This document shows positions 25,501 to 38,300 of a stretch of 64,000 nt of DNA, in pieces. The position numbers and the translations under genes are program-made. The DNA is taken from contig CP154954.1 of assembly GCA_039621445.1 (NCBI GenBank), positions 11,588,716 through 11,652,715 of the forward strand. The letters are read 5' to 3'. Below the pieces are notes generated by a model that ran no database searches, was not told the origin of the DNA, and saw only the letters and a program-made list of their open reading frames with translations. How positions within the stretch are numbered: position 1 is the first letter of the stretch; each line of letters starts with the position of its first letter. The stretch comes from Euglena gracilis (Eukaryota).

Positions 25501-27121
25501 AAAAGATTAATGAAAAGAATAAAAACTATTAGTGCGCAATGAGGACCGTACAGGAACGTGGGTGGAGTGGTCAACCCCCGACGTGGCGCGATGGGGGAGG
25601 GGGACCCCGCAGCCACAGCAACAGCATGTCGTGAAGGTTTGTTTGACCTTAAAATCAGCGCCAACACCAATCAACACCAGCGGGGTGGCGGTGGGGATCA
25701 ACCTCCGCGCCCACAGCACCAGGCAGATTCTCTGAGGCCAATGAGCATAGGGTGGACAAATCCCCCCCCCCCTGTGAAAAGGACGGCATGGGCGTTAAAC
25801 CCGGGGCTCGGCTCAACCTTGTGTTGCGCGTTACGCCGACGGCCAGCCGACACGGCCAGGGCTGTGGAAAGTGGTCACGCCCCGTGCGTGGCTTCAAAAC
25901 AGCTAACCCCCCCCCCCGGCTTTTCTAAATCTAAAAATTCTAAAAATTTTGATGGCATTTCCAAAAAAAATCGACAAAAATCACGCAGGTAGGGTCCCAA
26001 TATAAGCACAGCCCCCGCTGCCAGAGACGGCGGTCCACCACAAGCGCACCCGTGCTTCTAGTGTAGTGCGGGGGGGGGGGGGCGTAACAGGAGTCGGCTT
26101 GGGAGAGGGGACGGTTGCTAAAATGGAAATTTGCAGAGGTCGAACCACCACAGCAAATTTGATTTTGAGCCCCTGTGGATGGAGCATGGATTCGGGGGTG
26201 TAGTGGCGTTAGTTCGTGCAAGGCGAACACTGCCCCATTTAAATGCGAGGGGTGTGCTGATTTTTAGACCGTATTTTCGGACCCTCAGGAGGGTGAATTT
26301 ATTTGGGCATTGCGCCCTTTGCTTTGGGCAGGTTGGGAGGTTTAAATGAGTGGTGCTCACTTTAATGGCCACAGGCCTTGGCCTTGCTCTTTCGATTGTG
26401 ACTTTGGTGAAATAAATGTTCTTTTTGAATTAATCAGTCTCCCTCCTGAATATAGACCCTCAAGGTCTTTGTTAGACAACCAAACATAGAACCATTTTTG
26501 CAAGAGACACGTAACACGCATGGCAAAACTTTTGGTGTATTTTTTTTTGATGTTCCTGCCCTCACTCCATAAACTGTGACACTCACTGTGACACTCCATA
26601 AAACCAGGTTGCTGAGTCCAGGCCTGGAAAGCCATCTTCCGGGGGGTGGGGTTATGGGAACAATTGAAATAGTGTCCAAATCATCACAAATGGCTAAATG
26701 CTAAGGAAAAGTGGTTGTGTTCGGGTGGATAAAATTTCCGACATACACCCTCCCATTACAGTATAAAGCTGCTTGAGAGTCTTGAAGTGAAACTCTGTCC
26801 AAACATTGAGCCAAGTGGGTCATAGGTGTTTAAATAAAATAATGTGTTACCCCACGCCTGGAAAATGTCACTTGACAGACAGGCCAGCTTTGGGATTCTG
26901 GGATTCTGGCAGCTTTGGCCGGTGGCATGAACTTTAACAGCGAGTGTCCCAGATATCGCTGATGCTCAAGGTTGGCCAGTCCCGGACAGTTTCCTTGGCA
27001 CCACAGTTTTCCATTTCCATGGGGGGGGGTGAAAACAACAACCCTGATCGTGGGGAGTAGCCATAATGTGCAAACGTCATCACCACCGCGATGATGACGC
27101 ACAGTTGTAGACCAACCATGC
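2938..27121 (-). CDS. serA: D-3-phosphoglycerate dehydrogenase (D-2-hydroxyacid dehydrogenase family, no ACT domain), spliced, with N-terminal plastid-targeting presequence
   Basis: Exons (plus coords, transcript order): 27050-27121, 25818-25851, ~25547-25647, 23968-24032, 23674-23751, 19026-19098, 17709-17869, 17147-17219, 16231-16314, 15417-15461, 11961-12038, 11154-11217, 9664-9693, 8483-8521, 8366-8396, 7911-7979, 5449-5590, 4066-4185, 2938-3017 (TGA). They join in phase to give VLLADPL...VVRSTKVT...LILRAGAGVDNVD...NCPGMNATAVAEL...RTLGVIGSGNIA (Rossmann GxGxxA)...LHVAANAET...LNTTRGSVVDEEAL...AGLDVFQGEP...THHIGAATEQAQ...LNAVVP*. Exons above 23.9 kb and at 7.9-8.5 kb are less certain; the true start codon is unresolved. 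Confidence 0.88.
4278..4552. mobile_element. TA-flanked MITE with internal CCTGCAACCTGTGACCGGG repeats
   Basis: TIR TACCCGCCCCCCCCTTGTCGTACGACC / GGTCGTACGACAAGGGGGGGGGTGGGTA. Confidence 0.8.
4806..5026. repeat. (CA)n/(CG)n microsatellite
   Basis: Similar tracts at 3805-4065, 5715-5895, 9610-9663, 16505-16532, 42778-42968, 62690-62960. Confidence 0.95.
6150..6562. repeat. AT-rich pentamer satellite (ATAAT/GTAAT/ACAAT/ACTAT blocks)
   Basis: Directly visible in the sequence. Confidence 0.95.
8924..9023. repeat. Tandem 14-mer TGTCACCGACGTCT
   Basis: About 7 head-to-tail copies, no spacers. Confidence 0.92.
9694..11153 (-). other. Non-conventional intron (PGDH)
   Basis: AGG CAGGGTTTTT ... AAAGACCT CTG TTCTT|G; removal gives IALG-MQMNVICW. 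Confidence 0.8.
12225..14995. mobile_element. hAT-type non-autonomous element nested in intron
   Basis: TIR CAGACATTCATTTA(A/G)TGTGGT; TSD GTCTAGAC/GTCCAGAC; subterminal GTGAACCACAAAAATTTTTTGGTGTCCACA repeats; another left end at 32522. Confidence 0.85.
12398..12787. mobile_element. TA-flanked MITE (TAACCCCCCCAAATAATAAAC family), nested
   Basis: Inverted termini; related elements at 24576-24988 and 49419-49740, which share interior sequence with each other. Confidence 0.75.
17269..17497. mobile_element. Aged hAT-type MITE
   Basis: TIR CAGAGGTTTTTTCAG / CAGATATTTTTTTAG; TSD GTCTCAAT/GTTTCAGT (6/8). Confidence 0.7.
18775..18914. repeat. 70-bp tandem duplication
   Basis: ATGATATGGAGATATCCGGAATTC...CACACTGCA x2, with 1 mismatch. 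Confidence 0.92.
19226..22202. mobile_element. ~3 kb TIR element rich in TTGCGCAA palindromes
   Basis: ~34-bp imperfect TIR CACAT(G/A)TA.CTT(G/A)GGCGGCC(G/T)AATTCGCACTTAAG; dozens of ATTTGCGCAAAT/GCGCATTTGCGC motifs; lies inside PGDH intron 19099-23673. Confidence 0.75.
22580..22830. repeat. Degenerate CCAGTAGCCGCATC minisatellite
   Basis: Directly visible in the sequence. Confidence 0.8.
24576..24988. mobile_element. TA-flanked MITE
   Basis: TAACCCCCCCAAATATGAAGCC ... GGCTTTATATTTGGGGGGGTTTA; interior homologous to 49419-49740. Confidence 0.75.
25852..27049 (-). other. Non-conventional intron (PGDH presequence)
   Basis: C|GAT CAGGGTTGT ... ACAGCCCTG GCCGT|G; 9-bp stem including one G-U pair. 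Confidence 0.65.
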
Positions 27122-29373
27122 CTGAGCAGAGCAGAAAGAAAAACACAAAAGATGCTCATCTGAGAAGAACATGAAGAATATGAATGGGGTTTCTGGGCTT
27201 CATCTTTTTTTTTTTGCATAAAAGAACCATGCAAGCTCCATACGCCCCCCCTGGTTTTGCAGTTAGGCAGAATAGAGGAGGGGCTGGTAACCTCCCTACT
27301 GAAAGGACATATACTCTTTCTGAGTCTGAGACAACTGCCCTTTCATGCCCGAGGTGGGTTCGTATTCATTTTACCGCCAAAATTTCTTCAGGGGTAAATC
27401 AGGCAGCCGAAATGACGAGTCATGAAAAGAATGAAACAGGGGTGATTGGGGACATGCCAAGTTGCTGCTTGAACACCATGGATGACGCTGAATCACTTTG
27501 CTGTCACACCATCGGAGAAGGCACGGGTGGCGGGCTGTACCTGTGGAAAAAGAATAGAACACAACAACCAACCTTGACCCCGTTTTTCACCAACCCCAGT
27601 TAGAGGACACGATGCCTTGGCGTGGTCTCGCTGGTCTTCCATCCAGTAAACCATCAGTCGATGCTTGGATTCGCACTTCTTTTCCATTCCTTCTGATGAC
27701 ATGCCCATCTCAGGCAGAAGGACCCCCTAATGATGCCATTTTCATATGGGGTGGAAGCGGGAACCCATTTCCCTCCTGGCGCTGGTCCACCGCTTCTCTT
27801 TGGATTAGGCCATGCTGAATTGCTTACCGAATCTGTGGGGTGGGGGACAGGGGTCACTCTCCACGTTCAAAACCAGGCATTCCAAAACCAGGCATTCACT
27901 TTATAAAACCAGCCACCCACTTCCTTTTCCCCCCGAGGAGGTTGGCAGGTTTGCACCCCGGGCCAAAAATGGCTCAAAAAGTCAATGTATTTTTTGATCA
28001 AAACCCACGAAAATGTTCTGGCGCCTGTAACGCAGGGTGGGTCAGTTTAGGTCGTTCCTGGCCGAACCCCCCCCCCCCGAGTTCCGGAGCCAAAAACCAG
28101 CAGTCGCTCCGAGAAAACCAGTCAGTCATCCCCCCTGCCCTGGGGAACTTACCTTTGCGCAGATCAGAACCATGTGGCAACTGAGAACCGAGAAATCAGG
28201 AAAATTTACCCGTCGCTGTGACCAGGGAGTTCTTGTGGCTCCAGCCAATCAAAAGCCTTGCCACTTTCCCACCTTTTCCCTCTCCATTGTTGTGCTGACC
28301 AATGAATCTAACCGATCTGCGTCAAACACCGCTCAAGGCTGTCAGGGGTACCCCCTCCATTGCGGTAATTTGAACCCCACCAAGTGATTGACCAGACAGG
28401 CCCAGCCTAGGCTGGGCCTAGGCTGGGCCTAGGGGGTGAGTTGCCCGGGGGTGGGGGATCCGAAACTCAGCCGGGTGGTGCTGCAGGGGAATGACATTGG
28501 AAGCCTTCAAAAAAAAATTGCGGAAAAATTGGAGAAACATTGTGGAAATTGCGGAGAAATTGCGGAAAACACAATTTTGGGAATTAGTGCACTTCTGTCT
28601 GTTGGAGGGGACTGAGAAAAAAATCATCATTAATCATTTTTGCAACATAGAGATAAGTTTTGAGCCATCATTCACATTCCAATAAAAAGGTAAAAAAGCA
28701 TGAATATGGCAATTTTGGAAACAAATTGATTCTGGAAATATGGAATTTCCTGGGTGAAAATTCCAAAACCGACAAAACAACAAACTCAGCACTGGATTCC
28801 CTTGTGAAACGTTCAAGGTATGGCTGGAAGATAGCCCGAAATGGCAGTACCCCCTTTTCCCCTTACTCGTACCCATAGAAAACCGTGGTTTGGCCCCAAA
28901 GCTGGAAACCGATTGGGGTTTCCCATTGCGATCCCCGGGATACCTATTCCGATGTGCCGTCGGATTCGTGCTCACAGGTGTGAAAACCATGCGGATATCA
29001 AAAAAACATTCCGTAACAGTTTTGGAGGGGCGAAACACACCTTGCGTTCCATCTCATGTTCATGCAGAAAAAATTGCGGAAAGGGAAAAAAATTGCAGAA
29101 AATTGCGGAAAACTGTGGAAATTGCAGAAATTGTGCATATTAATACGCTTGGCTGCTGACTGGATAAAAGGTGTTGGTTGGTTGGATCCCTCAGGGTGGG
29201 AGGGCAAGATGAGGTCCGGCTTACTGACAGTGCGCAGTGCGGACCAACAACTTGAACGCATGAAACGCGAACACCAGAGATCACACCCTGATCTGGGGTT
29301 TCATGCCGGGGGCCAACACTGGCCGGGCGGCAGTGGGGCACGCGTGGCGTCGCATGACACAAGGCGCACGCGA

Positions 29374-32300
29374 TCAGTCCGCGCCCGCCTGCGGGACCGG
29401 GCTGAGCACGCGCAGGCCTTGGTCCAGCGTGACCACCATGGCAAAGGGGAACACGTCGGGCTGCTGACACAGGTCGATGTCCCCGTGGGGAGAGGGAGTG
29501 GCTCCTTGCCTCCCGGTTTCTTTTCTCTCGTTCAATCTTAATTTCAATAACCCCCCCCCCAAAATTAGACCCCCCCATAAAATGGACCCCCCAAAAATAA
29601 GACGCCCCCCTGGCCGGTCCGAGCAAAAATCCATGAAATGGACCCCCCCCATAAATAAGACCCCCCCCTGCCAGCGCGAAGCGCCGGATTTTTGAAAAAT
29701 AGGACATTTTGGGGGGGGAATCTGCCCAGGGTTCGATATAAGGAGGGGGGGGTGGTCCGGACCCCCCGTAGATATAGGGCGGGGGGGGGGTCCGGACCCC
29801 CCCCTGCGGGCCAGGAGGGGGGGGACACCCCCCCACCTAAACAGTGGCGCGGTCAGGGTGACCGATTTTCGGCCCGGCGCGAAACGCCGGGCCGAAAAAT
29901 TTTGACCCCCCAAAACGACCAAAAGTGCCATTTTGGGCACTTTTTGGGCAAAAATTGGCCAAAAATGCAAAAAAATTTCGGCGCGAAGCGCCGGAGGAAA
30001 AAATTGACCCTTTTTTGGGGGGGGGTCCCGGGAACCCCCTGAGGGTCGGTCCGGACCCCCCTTGCAGGTGGGGGGGGTGGTCCGGACCCCCCCCTGCGGG
30101 CCAGGAGGGGGGGGGGTGGGGGGGACACCCCCCCACCTAAACCATGTACGCCCTCCTTATATCGAACCCTGAATCTGCCATTGGGACAGTTTTCACACAA
30201 TTCAGCATATTTTCTCATATTGTCTGGCGCGAAGTGCCGAATTTTTCGAAAATTGGTATTTTGGGGGGCATTTTTGGACATTTTGGGGGGGCCGAAAATT
30301 TTTCCAGCAAAATCCATAAAATGCCCCCCCCCCCATGAATAAGACCCCCCCTCGGGCTTTCCAGCAACCGACCCATGAAATGGACCCCCGGTCTTATTTT
30401 GGGGGGGGGGGGTTACGCTTATTTGTTTGCTTTGATTATTTTTATCATTTTTGGTCGTATCGTTCCATTGGTATCGCTTTGTGCGAGTCGTGCAATTTAT
30501 CCCTCCTTCAGTGAAAGCATGCAGAGAGGCTCAGCTGAGATGTAGAAAATGCAAACTATGGGAAGTGATTCAACTTCGAGGTCCCTCTGCCCCTAGATTC
30601 TTGATTACAAAATTATTCGATTATATTGACCCCAGGGGATCGGGGTTTCAGAGTGCCCTGGTGTTTCTGCCAGACAGATACCCCCCGGAAGTCAATGCCT
30701 GCCTGATTGTGGCCGTTTCTGGGCTTTCGGAGCCTTCGACACCGGAGTGCCTTGCCAAATGCCCCGGCACTTTTGAAGACGTGCCCTATCTCCCCCCGAT
30801 CCAGGTGCCTCGGGGTGCCTGCCAGGCAGACACCTCCCCCCCCTCAATGCAGGGCCAGCTCCACCTTAAAATTTGGCCTGGGTTTGGAATCGGGTGCAGC
30901 GGCGAAGCCCGCTCCCTCGGCCGAAGTTGGGCCGCAAGTCGTCCGGGATCGCCTGGCCGCTGACTGCCATGTAGTCCGGCCGCCACGTCAGGAAGTCCCG
31001 CACGTCTGCCGGCTGTCCCACCCAGGGCATCGCCTGACGAACCCCGCCCCCCCCCCCCCCGGCTGGCCACGTTTGGTCCACCCCCCCCCCTGCCCCGCCA
31101 CCCAAACGGCTGGCTGTGACTGACCCGGCCTCGCCCACCGGCTAGCCAGCCCTGGCCGGATGGGTCGATGTGGAGCAGGGGAACTTGAACCTGAACTTGA
31201 AATTTGAAATCAATTTCAAATTTCGAATTTAAAATTCAATTTGAGAAAAATTCTTGCACACTCAAATCTTTTTGAGAACATGTGCGGCGATGGCCTTGCC
31301 CCCGCAGGAGGGCGGCGAGGAACTCGGCGCAGGCAGGCGGGGCCCCCTGCCCCATGCTGGGGCACGAAACGGCGCGAGAGGCGGGGCTGTGTTCGGCGGG
31401 CGGGACGACCGCGTACCGTTTGAAAGCCACTTTCTGTGTTGGGCAGGAATGCCTGCCACGCACCTCGCCTTGCTGGCCGGGGTCTTTCAAGAGGAAGAAA
31501 CGTCCCAGGCGGACGGAACAAAAGCAACACAAAAAGCAAAAAAAAATCGGCCAAAACCACTGAGAGGATTCGAGGCGTTTTTGGGGTATAAATTTGTCGA
31601 CGAGACAGAGACCGAAACAATGTTTCGATTGGTGGCGTTGCAGTGATAGTGAAATAGCAAAATACGCCACTAAGGATGTCTACAGATGCGGACCAAACAC
31701 AGGACACACACGCAATAGAACAAATACACATACAACATACAACACACAAACACACACACTCACACACACACAAGACAAATAGAATATATGCTCAATTGAA
31801 TTGAAGCAAGGGCCCCAGCACGATCCTCGATGCCCAGGCGGGGGTCTGACGCAGAGCACCGCGAGCTAAAAATACAAAAAAAAGCAAAGTGTGTGCTCAT
31901 GTTCGTCTTCAAACTGGACTGCCTTTTTGCCAACGTTGCCCAGGAGAAATAGCCTCCCATGAAAGCTGTTTTTTTACCAACCCCGGGGGGGAGGGGGAGG
32001 GAGGAGAAATAGCCGGGGGGAGGGGGGTCCGGAGAGCCTGTGAGGGAGGCAGGCACATTCCTTTGAAAATAGGCCATTTTTGGCTCCCCGGCGCCTTCGG
32101 CGCCGGGGTTGTGCTCGGGCACTTTTGGCTGTGTGCCATACCCCCCCCCCCCCGGGGGTCGGATTTGGAGTGCCTTGGAGTGCCTGCCCAGGCAGGCCCC
32201 CCCCCCCCCCGGGGTGGGGTCAGCACCCGACTAAAATACGGCCTGCTCCCATGACTGACCCCCCCCCCGCAGGAAATTGTAACCTGACAGATTGGCCGGT

Positions 32301-35300
32301 ACCGGGGACCCTGACAATTTCCCGGGCAGGACCCTGACAGGTTCTCGGGCATGACAGTATTTGGCATCGGACCAACATTTTGGGCGGTTAGCTTGGAGAG
32401 AGCCCTATGGTGCCCTGGGGGCCGTCAAGCTTCACCCCCGTCATCACCATCGAGACAGACACTGGCTCGGGGACATGCCACCGCTCACCGCGGTGCACCT
32501 CGATTCCCAATTCACACAGACCAGACATCCATTTAATGTGGTTCACAAAAGGCGTGTGAACCACAACATTTTTTTTGGGTGTTCACAGATGAACCACAAA
32601 AAATTTCGTGGTGTACACAAATGAGCGGCAGCCTTCCTTTTGGTGTCCACAAATCCCGCAAAAAAAACTTTGGCGTCCACAAAAATTTTGATCTCCAGAA
32701 GACTTGATTCAGAATCATAAAAAATTAAGCAATTTTAAAACTAAAAGTGGACTGATCTGTTGATACTTTAGACAACAAAGCGGCCACTCTGGTAGGGCGG
32801 ACACTTTGGGAGTCAAATTTTGCCTTTGGCGCCTTTTGGGTCAAAAGAAATAGCCACGTTGAGGGTAAACCAAAGTTTGCAACGCTACTGCCTGCGTTCA
32901 GGGCGGGACAGGGATCAATGGGAAGGACTGGTGGCAGAGCCACCCTCACTTGGTTGCCTGGGGGGAGTCTGGCATGCCTGCCTCTGTGCTCGCTTACTTG
33001 TCAGGTTACAGTTTCCCACGGGGAGGCGGGGGGGCTTTTGTTGTGTAACAGGTCCCTGAGGTGACAGGTCATAGAGTACGGGGTTTAGGTGACAGTTTCC
33101 CGGGAGGGGGTAGGAACCACAGAAATTTGGGTTCACAACGGCTCCAAAAGTACAGTTTCAAGTTTGTGGTTATGAATCAAAAGCCCAAAAAATGAGCGGA
33201 CGTGGCGGAGGAGACCTCCGTGCATCATCCACAGGGCGGCCGGAATTCCCATGTCTCCCGGGAATCGATAGGGGCGGACCCGGCAGTCACCCGAAAAGGG
33301 GGTAGGTCGAAACAGGCCAGCTGGCGCTGAGCGTCGGGTGGTGGGCTCTACTGATTGGCTGGGTTCAACAAAGCTTCCATTCAATGCAGGGTGGTCCTTA
33401 ACAGGGCGCTGCTTGACGACCCCCAGGTGGGAGTTTTCTTCATTGAACTTTTATTTCACAGGTGGGCGTTATTATTCTTCACTTTATGTTCAATTTTAAA
33501 TCCTTTAAAGTTCATTTTCTTTAATTGCCATTTCATTTTTCATATTTTTTGGGGTACCCCATCCCGGAAACTGTGGGGTCCTACTCAGAGCACGGCCAGG
33601 CACAGTAGCCCAGCAGTGGCAGTGGCCGGACGAGGCGGCCGCGTACTGCAACACGTGGCGCGCGGTGGCGGTGGCGACGGCGAACGAGGCGGTCAGCAGC
33701 AGCGCTGCGCCGGCCGCCCGGACGACGCCCTGCGTGCCCGCCGTCGTGCGCTGGATCGGCCCCGCCCCACCGCCCACTGCAAGGGCTGCCCGACCCCCTT
33801 TTTTGATTTGTGAAGAACTTGGTCATTGATGTTTTTGATTTAACTTTATTTTGATTTTTGACTTTTTTCCATTTTATTTTTATTTAAATTTATTTATTAG
33901 CTATTACTTGCAAGTTGTTTAAATTTATTTAAGCAATTTTAAGTTATTTTAAGTCAGTTTAAATTAAGTTAATTCAATTATTTCAATATTTTTTTAAGTC
34001 TCATTTTTCATTTTTCTGCTCTTTTTGATCCGGGGGGGGGGGGCTGGGGCATTCCCAACCCCAGCAACCCGTTGGGGCGTGCAAGAGCTTTGGAGGCACA
34101 CTCTTCGGATTTACTTTGGGATCCCAAAGAAATCGTGCCGAAGGAAAAACACAACCCCTTCCCGACGGTGGCATTCAGCAGGGGGGTGGGATGCGGACCG
34201 CAGAATTTGCTGTTTTCGGGACAATTAGAAAAAAAAGGCCCAGAAAAGCATTCAAAACAGTTGCCTTTTGTTTCGGGTCTCCACAAGGACCGGTCCCCAA
34301 AGGGAGAGGAAGAGCCCAACCCATGTCACCAGGGTCAACAAACAAACAAGGAAGTTCTCCAGTGCAGCAGGAAACAGAAACTGATGAACTGCAGAGCCTT
34401 TCACAGGTTTGACTGGCGGTTGCTGATGGCTGGCATTTGCCATCTTAGATACCTGCTCCAAGTGTTGCAGCGTCCAGCGTGCAATTGCATCGGGGCATTG
34501 TGCTTTACTTGCAAAGAGACAGCGACTACACAAAGACATGCGAACGGTTCCTGGCGAACAGCCGAGACGTTTAACCGGGACACGCACGTGCCACCCCACG
34601 GTGATTCCGTGATTCCGAATACCCGAAAGTGGCACGGCATTATCACTCGGGCCATTCATGTACGTACACATGTGACCCGTCGCGCGCCTGACGTCGCCCG
34701 GCGCGGGCGACGGGTTTGCGGGCGGCGGGGCGCCAGTGTGCAGCCCCGCAGGTTGGCCGCCTTGACCTGCACCGGCGAGTTCCAGAGGTCGAAAGTGGCA
34801 ACCGGGAGGCCGCCGACGAGTCGCACGGCACCGTTTGCATCGGCTCACACAGGCACCAGGAGTGGGGGGGGGGGGCTGGAGGGCAGTCACCTGTGGTCCG
34901 CCCTGGTCGGCTGGAGGGTGCAAACAAAAAATTGCCTCAACCTGTCTAAGTACCGGAAATGATGGGTCTGAAAGTGGGTACCCCCCTATGTCCAACAACT
35001 GGTTACCTCTGTCCTCCGACTGAGGGGGGGGGGTCGTTGGACATAGGGGGTCGTTGGGCATCAGGGGGGGGTAAGAAGTGGGGGGTGCTTAATTTTCCAA
35101 AATATGGGTAAGAACCAGGAGGTGTTGCAGAAAAAGGGAGGTCATTTGACTGCAAAAAAATGAGGCGCGAAATTCTTTTGGGGTCCACTGTTGGACTTAC
35201 AGGCATTTGGACGCAAAAATCAGGTAGACGTTTTTAAAATTTCAAAATTTCTGAAAAAAAAACATGCAAAATAAGTCTCCGCGAGAAGATGATTGTTGAA

Positions 35301-38300
35301 AACCGGGGGGGGGGGGTGCTGAGACGGGGAGGGGGGGTACCAGATCACGGATAATATACTACAGGTGGGAAAAACCACGGGAAATTTTTGATTTCGAAAA
35401 AAACGAACTTTTTTTTCACCTACAATGAATATTTTCTTGCAGTATTCCAACTCGAAAATTCCAAAAATCCCAAAAAATGGTCAAAATGGACTTCTGGTGA
35501 TGATTCTTGTACCTACTCCCCCCCCGGGAAACTGTCACCTGACAGGTTGGCCAGTACAGGGGACCCTGACAACTTCCTATACTGACAGGTTGGCCGGTAC
35601 CGGGGACCCTGACAGTTTCCCGGGCGGGACCCTGACAGTTTCCCGGGTAGGGCATTTCAAGGGAAAGTCAATGAAAAATGACCCTGGCAGGTTGGCCAGT
35701 ACCGGGGACCCTGACAACTTCCTATACTGACAGGTTGGCCGGTACCGGGGACCCTGACAGTTTCCCGGGCGGGACCCTGACAGGTTCTCGGGCATGACAG
35801 TTTCCCGGGGGGGGGTAGGTAATTTTCATTTCAAAATAAACCCCAAGAATCAACAACGTAACATAACCCTGTGTATTTGTGTATGAAATTTGACTGCCCC
35901 TGAGAGTGGCTCCCCCAACCGGCGTAGGAAAGGTGCACTGGACAAAAAATTACGGGGGAAAATATGGAAAAAATCAGATAGGTTTGCATAATTATTGTCC
36001 CCGGGGGGGTGCTGAAAAGTCCACTGCAGCAGTTGCCACCACAGGTTGTCCAGGGGACATTTTATCCGGGGGGTGGCTGGCAATCAAATGTTTCGGGGGC
36101 TGGTCTTGGCTAACGTGGCGGATGACACCGTTCCTGCCAGGCTGAATTTTATGGCAAGGCCGACCTCCCCCCTCCTGGGTGGTCGGTGCCTGCCTGATCA
36201 TGGGCCAAAAGGTGCCCAAAAAGTTTTTTGGGGGTTCCCGGCACCTTTTTGAGGTTTCGGCGCGGAAGTGCCTTGGCCGAGTGCCCAGGCACTTTTGGCC
36301 ATGCCCCCTCCCCCCTGGTGGGGGTCGGATCTGGGCGCCTTGGACCGCCTTTCAGGCAGGCGACAAAACAGCTCGCGTGGGCCCAAAGCGACAAACGTGA
36401 TGACTTCCCGGGGTAGGTGACAAGCTCAAAGAACCCTCAAAGCCCAACAAAATTGGCTGGAAAAAAACACACAAAAAAAGGGATAAAACTACAATTCTCC
36501 ATCCCCCCGTGATAATATCCCCTGAGGTTCATATGAATACCCCCCCCCCGCGTGTGCTTTGTTCATTTGCGGTGCTGGGGACGATTTTTTGTCTGGACTG
36601 TAAATGCTTGCTGTAGGTGGGGGTGTCGCCTCCGGGCAAAACATGGACCTGCGGGACGGACCTGCATGGACCTATCTGGTTTTAAAGTTTAGGTACCCGT
36701 CAACCTGCCAGAGGGAAAACTGCTGCCTAAAATATGGGTGTCGCCGGATGTGTGAGGTCACTGAAATTTGGACTAAGACGTCAAAATTTGTTCCTTCGTT
36801 CCAAATGGGAAGGAGACGGAAGAGGCTCGCTTTGGAGGGGAAAAAATGCACCAATTTAACAGCGTTCCAGGAAAAAATTGCATACATAGGTGTCAATTGT
36901 GTAGATATGGTTGCTGTCGTTCGACATTTTCCCCCATTTTGCCTTCATTTCTCGAGATTTCTCAAATTCTCATTGAAGGAGTCCACAACGAAGTGCTCAA
37001 TTGGAGGGGGAGGCATCGGTGTGGTATTTGTATGTTTGCGCACCAAATCTTTCATTGAAATTTGGGGACACCGGAAAACACAGGGAGCACACAGCACATT
37101 TGCATTTTTGTCACGGCAGAGAATTGAAGTATAAAAGGGGAAAAAACCCGGTCTCCCCCTTTTGAAACACATAGAATCATGCATTCTGCTCTTTGTGGGG
37201 CGGTGGGAAATCAGCGGATGAGCCATTGGCACAGAAGCAACACTCAGCGAAAAGTTAGCCGTTTTCAAATTGGCCCCCAATGGTCAGTAAACGGCGCCGT
37301 GGGCCTCACCGATGATTTTCGAGCCGGGCACGCTCTGCCGCAGCGCCAGGGCCTCGTCCACCGTTGCCAGAGGCCACTGCTCAACGCTCTGCATGAGGAT
37401 CGGCACACACCGTGTGTCTTGCGGGGAAACTGGGTCAGAACAAATGCACACGGAAATGTCGGCTATTTTGGGGTTTGAGAGATGTACGCATACCGTGTAC
37501 ACCGTGTGCGGCACACAGCGGGTCGGTATCGCAGGGTTCATTTTTGCATGTGTTGTGTGTTTCTGAATGCTTTTCGAAAACCGGAAATTCGCGCCGAAAT
37601 GAAAGAAAAAAAAGGACCTTTGGAGGGGATGGAGGGAACCTCCCCGAGTCCGTGGGCGCTTTTTTGACCCTTTGTCCAACGACCGACCTCTGGTCGAAGG
37701 ACATCTTGTTGGTCAGAACCCCATGTCCTACAACTCCTCCCCCCGCCCTTTTCAGAGGGCTGATATTGCACGTCGTTGGACATAAAGGGAGGAACCAAAC
37801 CAAATTTCACTCAATACCTTGCTCCACCCACCACAATACTTTGCACGGGGGAAACCACTGACCATTTCTGAAGTCAGGTGACAGCTGTGCTGCGGCAATT
37901 TTCCAGATGATAAATGTCTGGTGGGGAAAGCTTAACGTAGGCTCAAAAGTTAAAAAAAAAACATGCAGGGAGAATGCAAGGTGGGGAGTGAAATACGAGG
38001 GTATTTGATGTGTCATGAGAGGGAGGAGGGAAATGAAGCGGGGAAAATCTGAGAGCTGTTGCCTGCCCCAGTCAGAAGGATCCGCTCTGCCCCGGAGGAG
38101 AAAGCATACGCAGCGGTGGTGAATGCGCGGCACACGTCGATGACAATCTGTGGCGGACAGCAGCGCGCAGGGAAGGCGGGTGGGTGGGAGATGCAGGCCA
38201 CTGAGACCACAAGGATTCCAGGGGCAGAAAAAAAATGAATGAATCAGTAAATTCAAAATGAGTATCAGAAAGCCTCTCGATGGACTGGTAATCTATCTCA

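Noticed and set aside
34072-35061. Longest ORFs in the track (296 and 269 aa)
   Set aside because: No recognisable domain; the real coding part is the ComB exon 34735-34817 in another frame.
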